Source of the DNA: Alphaproteobacteria bacterium
GTDB taxonomy: Bacteria > Pseudomonadota > Alphaproteobacteria > SHVV01
Length of the DNA stretch: 64,000 bases
NCBI GenBank assembly: GCA_965261645.1
Contig: CBDHDJ010000004.1
Location: forward strand, 2,040,752-2,104,751
Direction: 5' to 3'
Below the pieces are notes generated by a model that saw only the letters and a program-made list of their open reading frames with translations, was not told where the DNA came from and made no database searches. The position numbers were made by a program, and so were the translations under genes. Below, one piece after another: positions 56,086-64,000 of the stretch. How positions within the stretch are numbered: the first letter of the stretch is position 1; each line of letters opens with the position of its first letter.

Positions 56086-57471
56086 ATGTCTAACTATCTG
56101 ATCAGCAGCGGCTCCGTGCTCGACTGCACCGGGGCCAAACCCAAGAAGAACACCTCGGTGTTCGTCGAGGGCAACCGCATCGCCAAGATCGGCGAAGAAG
56201 CGGCGGTCAAGAAGTTCGCCGAAGGCAAAAAATACAAGACCATCGACGCGGGCGGTAAGACCATCATGCCGGGCATGATCGACACTCACGTGCACCCGTC
56301 ATATGGCGAGATCACCGCAGTCGAGGAGGTCGAGCTCTACACGCCGGTCGAATACCGCACCCTGAAGGCGGCGCTCGCCGTCAAGAAGGTGCTGCGCGCG
56401 GGCGTGACCAGCGTGTGCGCACCGGGCGGCACGTTCAACATCAACGTGGCGTTGCGGGATGCGGTGGCCTCGGGCCTGATCGAGGGGCCGCGCATCTCGG
56501 CCGGAAGCCAGTACATGACGACCTACAACGCGATCGGCTCGTTCTTCCCGAGCCACATCGAGCATCCGGTGTCGTCACTGGCGGTCCTGGTCAATACCAA
56601 GGACGAGATGGTTGCCCAGACCCGCAAGGCCATCAAGGACGGCTGCGATGTGGTCAAGGTCTCGGGCGAGGACGGCTTCGGTGACGATCTTTACGGCTCG
56701 ATTACACTCGAGGAGATGAAGGCCATCACCGAGATCACCCATCTCATGGACAAGAAGGTGGCGATCCACGCCCGTGCCGGGCGCTTGTCGGCCGATGCCG
56801 CTCGTGCCGGCTTCGACTGGATCATCCACGCTTCGACTATGACCGACGATGATCTCGCGGTGGTCGTCGAGCACGGCACGCCGATCAACCCGACGTTCGC
56901 GCTGCTCGTCAACGCCATCGAGTGGGGCCCTGATCTCGGCATCCATCCGATGCTGTGCGAGGCGTTCAAGGCCGAGGTCGAGGTCGCGGCCAAGATCCTC
57001 AGCAAGGCGTACAAGGCGGGCGTCATGATGTTGGCCGGGACCGATTCGGGCCAGCTCTCGGTGCCCTCGGGCGAGTGGCATGCGCGCGAGATCGAGCACC
57101 ATGTCAACTACCTCGGCATGAGCAACATGGACGCCATCCTGTCGGCCACGAAGAACGCCGCCTTTACGCTGCCCTTCGGCCATGAGGTCGGCACCCTCGA
57201 GGAAGGCAAGCTCGCGGACATCCTGGTGGTGAACGGCGATCCGTTGGCCGACGTCACCATCCTGCAGGATAAATCGCGCCTCGAGGTCATCATGCAGGAC
57301 GGTGAGATCATCGACACCTCGATACCGATCGACACGCCGCAGAAGTACTCCTGGGAGCTTCCCATGGTCATGTGGTCGGATCCGCGGCTGCCGGATCAGG
57401 AGTTTGTCCGCCAGTACGCCAAGCAAAAGCCGAACTGGATGAAGAAGGCGGGGAAGAAGGCGGCCGAGTAG
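56086..57471 (+). CDS. Metal-dependent amidohydrolase family protein, tandem paralog 1 (461 aa)
   Basis: ATG 56086 (MSNYLISSG). HxH motif DTHVHPS. Candidate ligand residues are VKVSGE (Lys), IHARAG, IIHAS and AGTDSG. Confidence 0.8.
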   Translation: MSNYLISSGSVLDCTGAKPKKNTSVFVEGNRIAKIGEEAAVKKFAEGKKYKTIDAGGKTIMPGMIDTHVHPSYGEITAVEEVELYTPVEYRTLKAALAVKKVLRAGVTSVCAPGGTFNINVALRDAVASGLIEGPRISAGSQYMTTYNAIGSFFPSHIEHPVSSLAVLVNTKDEMVAQTRKAIKDGCDVVKVSGEDGFGDDLYGSITLEEMKAITEITHLMDKKVAIHARAGRLSADAARAGFDWIIHASTMTDDDLAVVVEHGTPINPTFALLVNAIEWGPDLGIHPMLCEAFKAEVEVAAKILSKAYKAGVMMLAGTDSGQLSVPSGEWHAREIEHHVNYLGMSNMDAILSATKNAAFTLPFGHEVGTLEEGKLADILVVNGDPLADVTILQDKSRLEVIMQDGEIIDTSIPIDTPQKYSWELPMVMWSDPRLPDQEFVRQYAKQKPNWMKKAGKKAAE

Positions 57472-57514
57472 CCCAAATACCAATAGATTCTGCCCGTTTC
57501 GGGCAAACCTGGTC

Positions 57515-57551
57515 GACCGGTGCGGCGCCTCGCCGCACCGGTCTTTACTTT
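57515..57551 (+). terminator. Rho-independent terminator candidate after amidohydrolase 1
   Basis: A 13-bp stem (GACCGGTGCGGCG / CGCCGCACCGGTC) is followed by TTTACTTT. Confidence 0.6.
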
Positions 57552-57595
57552 GCGATTCGCTCGCATCCAAGAAATCACTTGATTCCGCTCCCTGC

Positions 57596-57624
57596 TTGCG
57601 CGCAATGGGCCGCAGCCCTATGAT
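57596..57624 (+). promoter_or_regulatory. Promoter candidate for unit 2 (TTGCGC-17 nt-TATGAT)
   Basis: Seen directly, and positionally equivalent to the other units. Confidence 0.35.
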
Positions 57625-57727
57625 GCCCCCAGGATCAGCAGTAACCATCGCTTATAGACGCGTTGTCCCGGCGCCCCAGGGCCCTCGGCGCAATGCTTTC
57701 AGTAGCAACCCACATGGGAGTTCAAAC

Positions 57728-59119
57728 ATGGCCAATTACCTCTTTTCCGGCGGCACGGTCATCGACTGCACCGGAGCCAAGCCGAAGAAGGCGGCGGTCT
57801 TCATCGAAGGCAACCGCATCGCCAAGATCGGCGAGGAAGCGGCGGTCAAGAAGTTTGCCGAGGGCAAGAAGTACAAGACCGTCGATGCCTCGGGCAAAAC
57901 CGTCATGCCCGGTATGATCGACTGTCACGTGCACCCGTCCTACGGCGACATCCTCTCGATCGAGGAGCTCGATCTCTACTCGACGGTCGAGTACCGCACG
58001 CTGAAGTCGGCCCATTTCATCAAGAAGGTACTGCGGGCCGGCATTACCGCCATGGGTTGCCCGGGCGGCACGTGGAACATCAACGTGGCGCTCAGGGATG
58101 CGGTGGCCTCGGGCCTCATCGAGGGGCCGCGCATCTCGGCCGGCGGACACTACCTGTCGACCTACAACTCGACCGGCTCGTTCTTCCCGAGCCATATCGA
58201 GCATCCGAAGTCGTCCTTCGCCGTCATGTGCAACACCAAGGAAGAGTTCGTGAAACAAGCCCGCCTCGAGATCAAGAACGGCGTCGACATCGTCAAGGTC
58301 TCGGGTGACGGTGATACCGGCACGACCGCCGGGATGGCCCTCGCCGGCAGCATCACTTTAGAGGAGCTCAAGGCGATTGCCGAGATCGTGCACCTGATGG
58401 ACAAGAAGTGCACGATCCACGCGCGTTCGGGCCGCGTGTCGGCCGATGCCGCACGGGCCGGCTTCAGCTACCTCACCCATTGCTCGTACGTGAACGACGA
58501 GGAAATCGGTGTGGTGATCGACAGCCAGATTCCGATCAACCCGACTCTGGCGTTGCTCGCCCAGGGCCTCGAGTGGGGGCCGGACGTCGGCCTGCACCCG
58601 ATGGTGATCGATAGCTTCAAGCGTGAGCTCGATGCGGCATCCAAGTCGCTCACCAAGGCCTACAAGGGTGGCAACACGTTCATGGCCGGGACCGATTCGG
58701 GTCAGCTCACCGTGCCTTATGGCGCCTGGCATGCTCGCGAGCCCGAGCATCTGATGAACTTTGTCGGCTTGAGCTCGATGGATGCGCTTTTGTCCATCAC
58801 CAAGAACGCGGCGATCGCCTTCCCGGACAATGCCGGCATCGGCACCCTGGCGGAAGGCAATCTTGCCGATGTGCTGGTGGTCGATGGCGATCCCCTGAAG
58901 GACATCACGGTGCTGCAGGATGCCAGCCGCCTCAACGTCATCATGCAGGATGGTGAAATCATCGACACCTCGGAGCCGATCGAAGATCCAATGCCGTACT
59001 CTTGGGAGTTGCCGATGATCATGTGGTCGGATCCCCGGCTGCCGGATCAGAACTTCGTGCGCGAGCACGCCAAGCAGAAGCCCAAGTGGATGCAAAAGCG
59101 GGCGAAAGCGGCGGAGTAA
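57728..59119 (+). CDS. Metal-dependent amidohydrolase family protein, tandem paralog 2 (463 aa)
   Basis: ATG 57728 (MANYLFSGG) follows GGGAG. It has DCHVHPS and is colinear with the other paralogs. Confidence 0.8.
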   Translation: MANYLFSGGTVIDCTGAKPKKAAVFIEGNRIAKIGEEAAVKKFAEGKKYKTVDASGKTVMPGMIDCHVHPSYGDILSIEELDLYSTVEYRTLKSAHFIKKVLRAGITAMGCPGGTWNINVALRDAVASGLIEGPRISAGGHYLSTYNSTGSFFPSHIEHPKSSFAVMCNTKEEFVKQARLEIKNGVDIVKVSGDGDTGTTAGMALAGSITLEELKAIAEIVHLMDKKCTIHARSGRVSADAARAGFSYLTHCSYVNDEEIGVVIDSQIPINPTLALLAQGLEWGPDVGLHPMVIDSFKRELDAASKSLTKAYKGGNTFMAGTDSGQLTVPYGAWHAREPEHLMNFVGLSSMDALLSITKNAAIAFPDNAGIGTLAEGNLADVLVVDGDPLKDITVLQDASRLNVIMQDGEIIDTSEPIEDPMPYSWELPMIMWSDPRLPDQNFVREHAKQKPKWMQKRAKAAE

Positions 59120-59160
59120 GAGGTTAGCCGCGAGTTCCACTCGTTTAAGTCTGAATTTGG

Positions 59161-59197
59161 AGGCCGGTGCGGCGCAAGTCGCACCGGTCTTTTTCTT
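59161..59197 (+). terminator. Rho-independent terminator candidate after amidohydrolase 2
   Basis: The AGGCCGGTGCG...CGCACCGGTCT stem is followed by TTTTCTT. Confidence 0.6.
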
Positions 59198-59242
59198 GCT
59201 ATGCGCAGTTGATTATTGATGATTCAAGCCCGCGCGCCCGGC

Positions 59243-59272
59243 TTGACGCTGTTCCAGCGCGAGCCTTACGAT
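59243..59272 (+). promoter_or_regulatory. Promoter candidate for unit 3 (TTGACG-18 nt-TACGAT)
   Basis: Seen directly. Confidence 0.4.
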
Positions 59273-59382
59273 AGGGTAGGAATTGAGCGGCCTGGAGCGC
59301 CGCGGGTGGCATCGCGCCAGTGGGTCGATTAGCGCGCGGTGCCGGGAAGCAATCGATCAACTCCATTGGAGGAGCAGCGACA

Positions 59383-60774
59383 ATGGCTAATTATCTGATT
59401 ACCGGCGGGACGGTCATCGACTGCACCGGGGCCAAGCCGAAGAAAGCGGCTGTCTTCATCGAAGGCAATCGTATCGCCAAGATCGGCGAGGATGCGGCGC
59501 TGAAGAAGTACGCCGCAGGCAAGACGTACAAGGCGATAAACGCGTCGGGCAAAACCGTCATGCCCGGCATGATCGACTGCCATGTGCATCCGTCCTTTGG
59601 CGATATCATCTCGATCGAGGAGCTCGATCTCTATTCGACGGTCGAATACCGCACCCTGAAATCGGCCCACTATATCAAGAAGGTGTTGCGGGCCGGCATC
59701 ACCAGCATGGGTTGCCCGGGCGGTGTGTGGAACATCAACGTGGCGCTCCGGGATGCGGTCGCCTCGGGTCTCATCGAGGGGCCGCGCATTTCGGCAGCCG
59801 GTCACCTGCTCTCGACGTGGAATTCCACGGGCTCGTTCTTCCCGACCCATTTGGAGCACCCCAAATCGTCGGGCGGGGTCATTTGCAACACGACGGACGA
59901 GTTCGTGAAGCAGGCACGTCTCGAGATCAAGAACGGCGTCGACATCGTCAAGGTGGGCGGCGATGGCGACACGGGAACCACGGCCGGGCAGGACCTGACG
60001 GGAAGCATCACGCTCGAGGACTTGAAGGCGATCGCCGAGATCACGCACCTGATGGACAAGAAGTGCACCATCCACTGCCGTTCGGGCCGCGTCTCGGCCG
60101 ATGCCTCACGGGCCGGTTTCGATTACCTCCTCCATTGCTCGTACATGAACGACGAGCACGTGGGCGTGGTGATCGACAACCAGACGCCGATCAACCCGAC
60201 GCTCGCGTTGCTGGTACAGGGCCTCGAATGGGGGCCGGATGTCGGCCTGCACCCGATGGTCATCGACAGCTTCAAGCGTGAAATCGACGCGGCGACCAAG
60301 TCTCTGAGCAAGGCCTACAAAGGCGGCATCATGTTCATGGCGGGCACCGATTCGGGTCAGCTCACGGTGCCCTACGGCGCCTGGCACGCCCGCGAGCCCG
60401 AGCATCTCATGAACATCGTCGGCTTGAGCTCGATGGATGCGCTGTTGTCCATCACCAAGAATGCGGCGTTCTGCTTTCCCGCCAATGCCGGAGTCGGCAC
60501 CCTGGAAGTGGGCAATTATGCGGATGTTCTGGTGGTCGATGGCGATCCCCTGAAGGACATCACCGTGCTTCAGGATCCCAGCCGTCTCAACGTCATCATG
60601 CAGGATGGCGAGATTGTAGATACCTCGGAGCCGATCGAGGATCCGGTGCCGTACTCGTGGGAGCTACCGATGATCATGTGGTCGGATCCCCGTCTGCCGA
60701 CGCAGGAGTTCGTGCGCGAGCACGCCAAGCGGAAGCCCAAGTGGATGCAAAAGCGGGCGAAGGCAGCGGAGTAA
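59383..60774 (+). CDS. Metal-dependent amidohydrolase family protein, tandem paralog 3 (463 aa)
   Basis: ATG 59383 (MANYLITGG) follows GGAGGAG. It has DCHVHPS. Confidence 0.8.
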   Translation: MANYLITGGTVIDCTGAKPKKAAVFIEGNRIAKIGEDAALKKYAAGKTYKAINASGKTVMPGMIDCHVHPSFGDIISIEELDLYSTVEYRTLKSAHYIKKVLRAGITSMGCPGGVWNINVALRDAVASGLIEGPRISAAGHLLSTWNSTGSFFPTHLEHPKSSGGVICNTTDEFVKQARLEIKNGVDIVKVGGDGDTGTTAGQDLTGSITLEDLKAIAEITHLMDKKCTIHCRSGRVSADASRAGFDYLLHCSYMNDEHVGVVIDNQTPINPTLALLVQGLEWGPDVGLHPMVIDSFKREIDAATKSLSKAYKGGIMFMAGTDSGQLTVPYGAWHAREPEHLMNIVGLSSMDALLSITKNAAFCFPANAGVGTLEVGNYADVLVVDGDPLKDITVLQDPSRLNVIMQDGEIVDTSEPIEDPVPYSWELPMIMWSDPRLPTQEFVREHAKRKPKWMQKRAKAAE

Positions 60775-60833
60775 GCGGTTACCCGCGATTTCCGCTCGCT
60801 TGAGCGCAACATCTCGCTTGAGCGCACATAATG

Positions 60834-60870
60834 AGGCCGGTGCGGCGCCTGTCGCACCGGCCTTTTTATT
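60834..60870 (+). terminator. Rho-independent terminator candidate after amidohydrolase 3
   Basis: The AGGCCGGTGCG / CGCACCGGCCT stem is followed by TTTTATT. Confidence 0.6.
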
Positions 60871-60915
60871 GGCCGCAGGGGATCGACGACGGATATCTCA
60901 TCTCATCGACCGAGC

Positions 60916-60945
60916 TTGACGTTCATTGGGTCCAAGTCCTACGAT
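60916..60945 (+). promoter_or_regulatory. Promoter candidate for unit 4 (TTGACG-18 nt-TACGAT)
   Basis: Seen directly. Confidence 0.4.
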
Positions 60946-61054
60946 GACGCCAAGATTTGACGCAGCGCGTGCCGGATCTGCATGGCTCTTGCGCGGTCCA
61001 TTGCGGAGAGCGCAGAACGGCCCTTCACGAACTCCATTGGGGGAGTAAAAGAGA

Positions 61055-62443
61055 ATGGCTAACTACCTCTTTACTGGCGGAACGGTCATCGACTGTACCG
61101 GGGCCAAGCCGAAGAAGGCGGCGGTCTTCACCGAAGGCGACCGCATCGCCAAGATCGGCGAGGAAGCGGCGGTCAAGAAGTTTGCCGAGGGCAAGAAATA
61201 CAAGACGATCGATGCCTCGGGCAAAACCGTCATGCCCGGCATGATCGACTGCCACGTGCATCCGTCCTACGGCGAGGCCGGCTCGATCGAGGCGCTCGAT
61301 CTCTATTCGACGGTCGAGTACCGCACGCTGATAGCGGCCCACTCCATCAAGAAAGTGCTCCGGGCCGGCATCACCAGCATGGGTTGCCCGGGCGGTGTGT
61401 GGAACATCAACGTGGCGCTCAGGGATGCGGTGGCCTCGGGCCTCATCGAGGGGCCGCGCATCTCGGCCGGCGGGCACTACTTGTCGACATGGAACTCCAC
61501 CGGTTCGTTTTTCCCGAGCCATATGGAGCATCCGGTCTCGTCGGTTGGCAGGATCTGCAACACCAAGGACGAGTTCATCGCGGCGGCACGCCTCGAGATC
61601 AAAGACGGTGTCGATATCGTCAAGATCTCGGGCGACGGCGATACCGCGACCGGCACCATGGATGTCCTCGGTAGCATCACCTTCGAGGAAATGAAGGCGG
61701 TCGCAGATATCACCCACCTGATGGACAAGAAGATCACCGGACACTGCCGCGGAGGCCGGGCCACCGTCGATGCGGTGCGTGCCGGCTTCGACTGGGTCTG
61801 CCACGCCTCGTTCATGAGTGATGACGACATCGGTGTCGTGATCGATCATCAGACGCCGTTGAACCCGTCGCTGACGATCTATGCGCAGCTCATCGAATGG
61901 GGACCTGATCTCGGCGTCCACCCGGCGCTTATCGACAGCTTCAAGCGCGAGCTCGATGCGGCCTCGAAGGCGCTCAGCAAGGCCTATAAGGGCGGCATCA
62001 CGATTATGGCCGGGACCGACTCCGGTCAGTTCACCGCGCCGTCCGGCGAGTGGCATGCGCGCGAGCCCGAGCATCTCATGAACATCGTGGGCTTGAGCCC
62101 GATGGATGCGATTTTGTCCATCACTAAGAATGCCGCGATCGTCTTTCCGGATAACTCCGGTATCGGGACCCTGGAGGAAGGCAAATTCGCCGATGTGCTC
62201 GTGGTGAACGGCGATCCCTTGAAGGACATCACGGTCATTCAGGATAAGTCCCGCATCGAGGTGATCATGCAGGGTGGTGAGATCATCGATACATCGGAGC
62301 CGATCGAGGATCCGATTCGGTACCCGTGGGAATTGCCGATGGTCATGTGGTCGGACCCCCGCCTGCCGGATCAGAACTTCGTGCGTGAGCACGCCAAGGT
62401 CAAGCCCAAGTGGATGGAGAAGCGGGCGAAAGCAGCGGAGTAA
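61055..62443 (+). CDS. Metal-dependent amidohydrolase family protein, tandem paralog 4 (462 aa)
   Basis: ORF 61055..62443 (MANYLFTGG). It has DCHVHPS. Confidence 0.8.
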   Translation: MANYLFTGGTVIDCTGAKPKKAAVFTEGDRIAKIGEEAAVKKFAEGKKYKTIDASGKTVMPGMIDCHVHPSYGEAGSIEALDLYSTVEYRTLIAAHSIKKVLRAGITSMGCPGGVWNINVALRDAVASGLIEGPRISAGGHYLSTWNSTGSFFPSHMEHPVSSVGRICNTKDEFIAAARLEIKDGVDIVKISGDGDTATGTMDVLGSITFEEMKAVADITHLMDKKITGHCRGGRATVDAVRAGFDWVCHASFMSDDDIGVVIDHQTPLNPSLTIYAQLIEWGPDLGVHPALIDSFKRELDAASKALSKAYKGGITIMAGTDSGQFTAPSGEWHAREPEHLMNIVGLSPMDAILSITKNAAIVFPDNSGIGTLEEGKFADVLVVNGDPLKDITVIQDKSRIEVIMQGGEIIDTSEPIEDPIRYPWELPMVMWSDPRLPDQNFVREHAKVKPKWMEKRAKAAE

Positions 62444-62482
62444 GCCGCTAGCCACGATATCCGCTCATTTGAGCCCAACGAT

Positions 62483-62520
62483 AAGGCCGGTGCGGTCAAC
62501 GCCGCACTGGCCTTCTTTTT
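62483..62520 (+). terminator. Rho-independent terminator candidate after amidohydrolase 4
   Basis: The AAGGCCGGTGCGG / CCGCACTGGCCTT stem (one mismatch or wobble) is followed by CTTTTT. Confidence 0.55.
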
Positions 62521-62568
62521 CAGCTAAAACGGGCGAAAATGCAGGGGTTCGGGCCCCGCTGACTCAGC

Positions 62569-62598
62569 TTGACGGCCTTCCGGCGCGAACCGTATGAT
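62569..62598 (+). promoter_or_regulatory. Promoter candidate for unit 5 (TTGACG-18 nt-TATGAT)
   Basis: Seen directly. Confidence 0.4.
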
Positions 62599-62704
62599 GG
62601 CGTCAATGTTAGCTGCATAGGTGACTGGGAATCATTGCGCCGGCCAGATCGAGGGCGGGCGGAGTATTTCCCGCAAACTTCAACTCCATTCGGGGAGCCT
62701 CAGG

Positions 62705-64000
62705 AATGGCCAATTATCTCATTAACAACGGGACCGTCTTGGATTGCACCGGGGCCAAGCCCAAGAAGAACACTTCGGTGTTCGTCGAGGGCAACCGTAT
62801 CGCCAAGATCGGCGAGTCCGCGAAGGTCAAGAAGTACGCCGAGGGCAAGAAGTACAAGACGATCGACGCCGGCGGAAAGACCATCATGCCGGGCATGATC
62901 GACTGCCACGTGCATCCCTCCTACGGCGACATCATCGCGATCGAGGAGCTCGAGCTTTACAGCAACGTCGAGTACCGCACGCTCAAGTCTGCGCTGGCTT
63001 GCAAGAAAGTGCTCCGCGCCGGCGTGACCAGCATGGGCTGCCCGGGCGGCGTGTGGAACATCAACGTGGCGCTCAGGGATGCCATCAACTCCGGTCTCAT
63101 CGAGGGCCCCCGGATGACGGCCGGCGGCCACTATCTCTCGACGTGGAACTCCACCGGCTCGTTCTTTCCGACCCATATGGAGCACCCCAAATCGTCGGTC
63201 GGCGTGCTGTGCAACACGACGGAAGAGTTCGTGAAGCAGGTCCGCCTCGAGATCAAGAACGGCGTCGACATCGTCAAGATTTCGGGCGACGGCGACACCA
63301 CCTCGACAGCCGGCATGGATCTCCTGGGCTCGATCACCCTCGACGACCTGAAGGCGATCTCGGAGATCGTCCACCTCATGGACAAGATGGTGACGATCCA
63401 TGCCCGCTCGGGCCGCGCCTCGCGGGATGCCGCGTTGGCCGGCTTCACCTGGCTCACCCACGGCTCCTACATGTCGGACGAGGACCTCGCGGTGGTCATC
63501 GATTGCGGCACCCCGATCAATCCGACCTTCGCCCTGCTCGCCAACACCATCGATTGGGGCCCGGACCTCGGCATGCACCCGGCGATCATCGACAGCTACA
63601 AGCGTGAAGTGGACGCCGCCTCCAACATCCTCAGCAAAGCCCACAAACAGGGCGTGATGATCATGGCCGGGACCGACTCGGGCCAGACCGCGGTGCCCTA
63701 TGGTGATTGGCATGCGCGCGAGATGGAGCATTTGATGACCTATCTCGGCATGAGCGCTATGGATGCGTTGCGGGCCGGTACCATCAATGCTGCGTTCGTG
63801 CTGCGCATGCAGGATCAGATCGGCACACTGGAGGAGGGCAAGCTTGCTGACATTCTCGTAGTGAAGGGCGATCCGCTGGCCGACATCGCGGTGTTGCAGG
63901 ACAAGTCCCGCCTCGAAGTAATCATGAAAGACGGCGAGATCGTCGATACCTCGATTCCAATCGAGACGCCGGTGCCCTATCCGTGGGAGTTGCCGATGGT
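62705..64000 (+). CDS. Metal-dependent amidohydrolase family protein, tandem paralog 5; 3' end lies outside the window
   Basis: This gene is not in the ORF track because no stop falls inside the window. Hand translation from ATG 62705 gives MANYLINNGTVLDCTGAKPKKNTSVFVEGNRIAKIGE...DCHVHPS...PYPWELPMV, colinear with paralogs 1-4. Confidence 0.75.

Noticed and set aside
1-64000. CRISPR arrays, tRNA/rRNA genes, prophage, or defence-system genes (restriction, toxin-antitoxin, retron, CBASS-like).
   Set aside because: I saw no short regularly spaced direct repeats and no cloverleaf-like or rRNA-like conserved stretches. No ORF has the hallmark motifs of those systems. The window is metabolic and regulatory genes plus IS elements.

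Overview
GC-rich, densely coding segment. Gene content suggests an alphaproteobacterium (an Alph_Pro_TM/TIGR02186-type gene next to TauE, and a MerR/LiuR-type acyl-CoA cluster). No rRNA, tRNA or CRISPR was seen. The window is dominated by amplified paralog families that look like a catabolic island. There are 4 tandem MhpD/HpcG-like FAH-fold hydratases (3..3401). There are 5 form-II CoxL-like molybdopterin hydroxylase large subunits (4302, 18370, 20734, 23148, 53392), and no 2Fe-2S or FAD subunit gene was recognised anywhere in the 64 kb. Two tandem genes each encode three fused RidA/L-PSP domains (25511..27981), and a further single-domain RidA-like gene sits at 52878. There are also 2 MFS paralogs, 2 Rieske oxygenase alpha-subunit paralogs (both frameshifted), and 5 tandem amidohydrolase paralogs (56086..64000), each with its own promoter-like and terminator-like signals. 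The most unusual unit is a co-directional five-gene cluster on the minus strand (27981 to 18370): 2 triple-RidA genes followed by 3 orphan CoxL-like genes. The CoxL-RidA pairing recurs at 52878..55749 next to an ABC importer. The middle of the window holds a thiol/sulfur-trafficking membrane cluster (CcdA, TusA-like, Alph_Pro_TM, TauE), a GAF-HD-GYP protein, and a MerR-controlled beta-oxidation-like cluster (acyl-CoA dehydrogenases, thiolase, FadB-like, CoA-transferase, TetR, SCP2). Four insertion sequences are present: one IS5-family element with a CTAA duplication, and a nested set of IS5-like, IS630 and IS5-like that can be traced back to a single CTAG formed by two overlapping convergent stop codons. 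Seven genes carry frameshifts or a nonsense codon while all the amplified paralogs are intact. All calls come from reading the ORF translations and DNA by eye. No database search was run.
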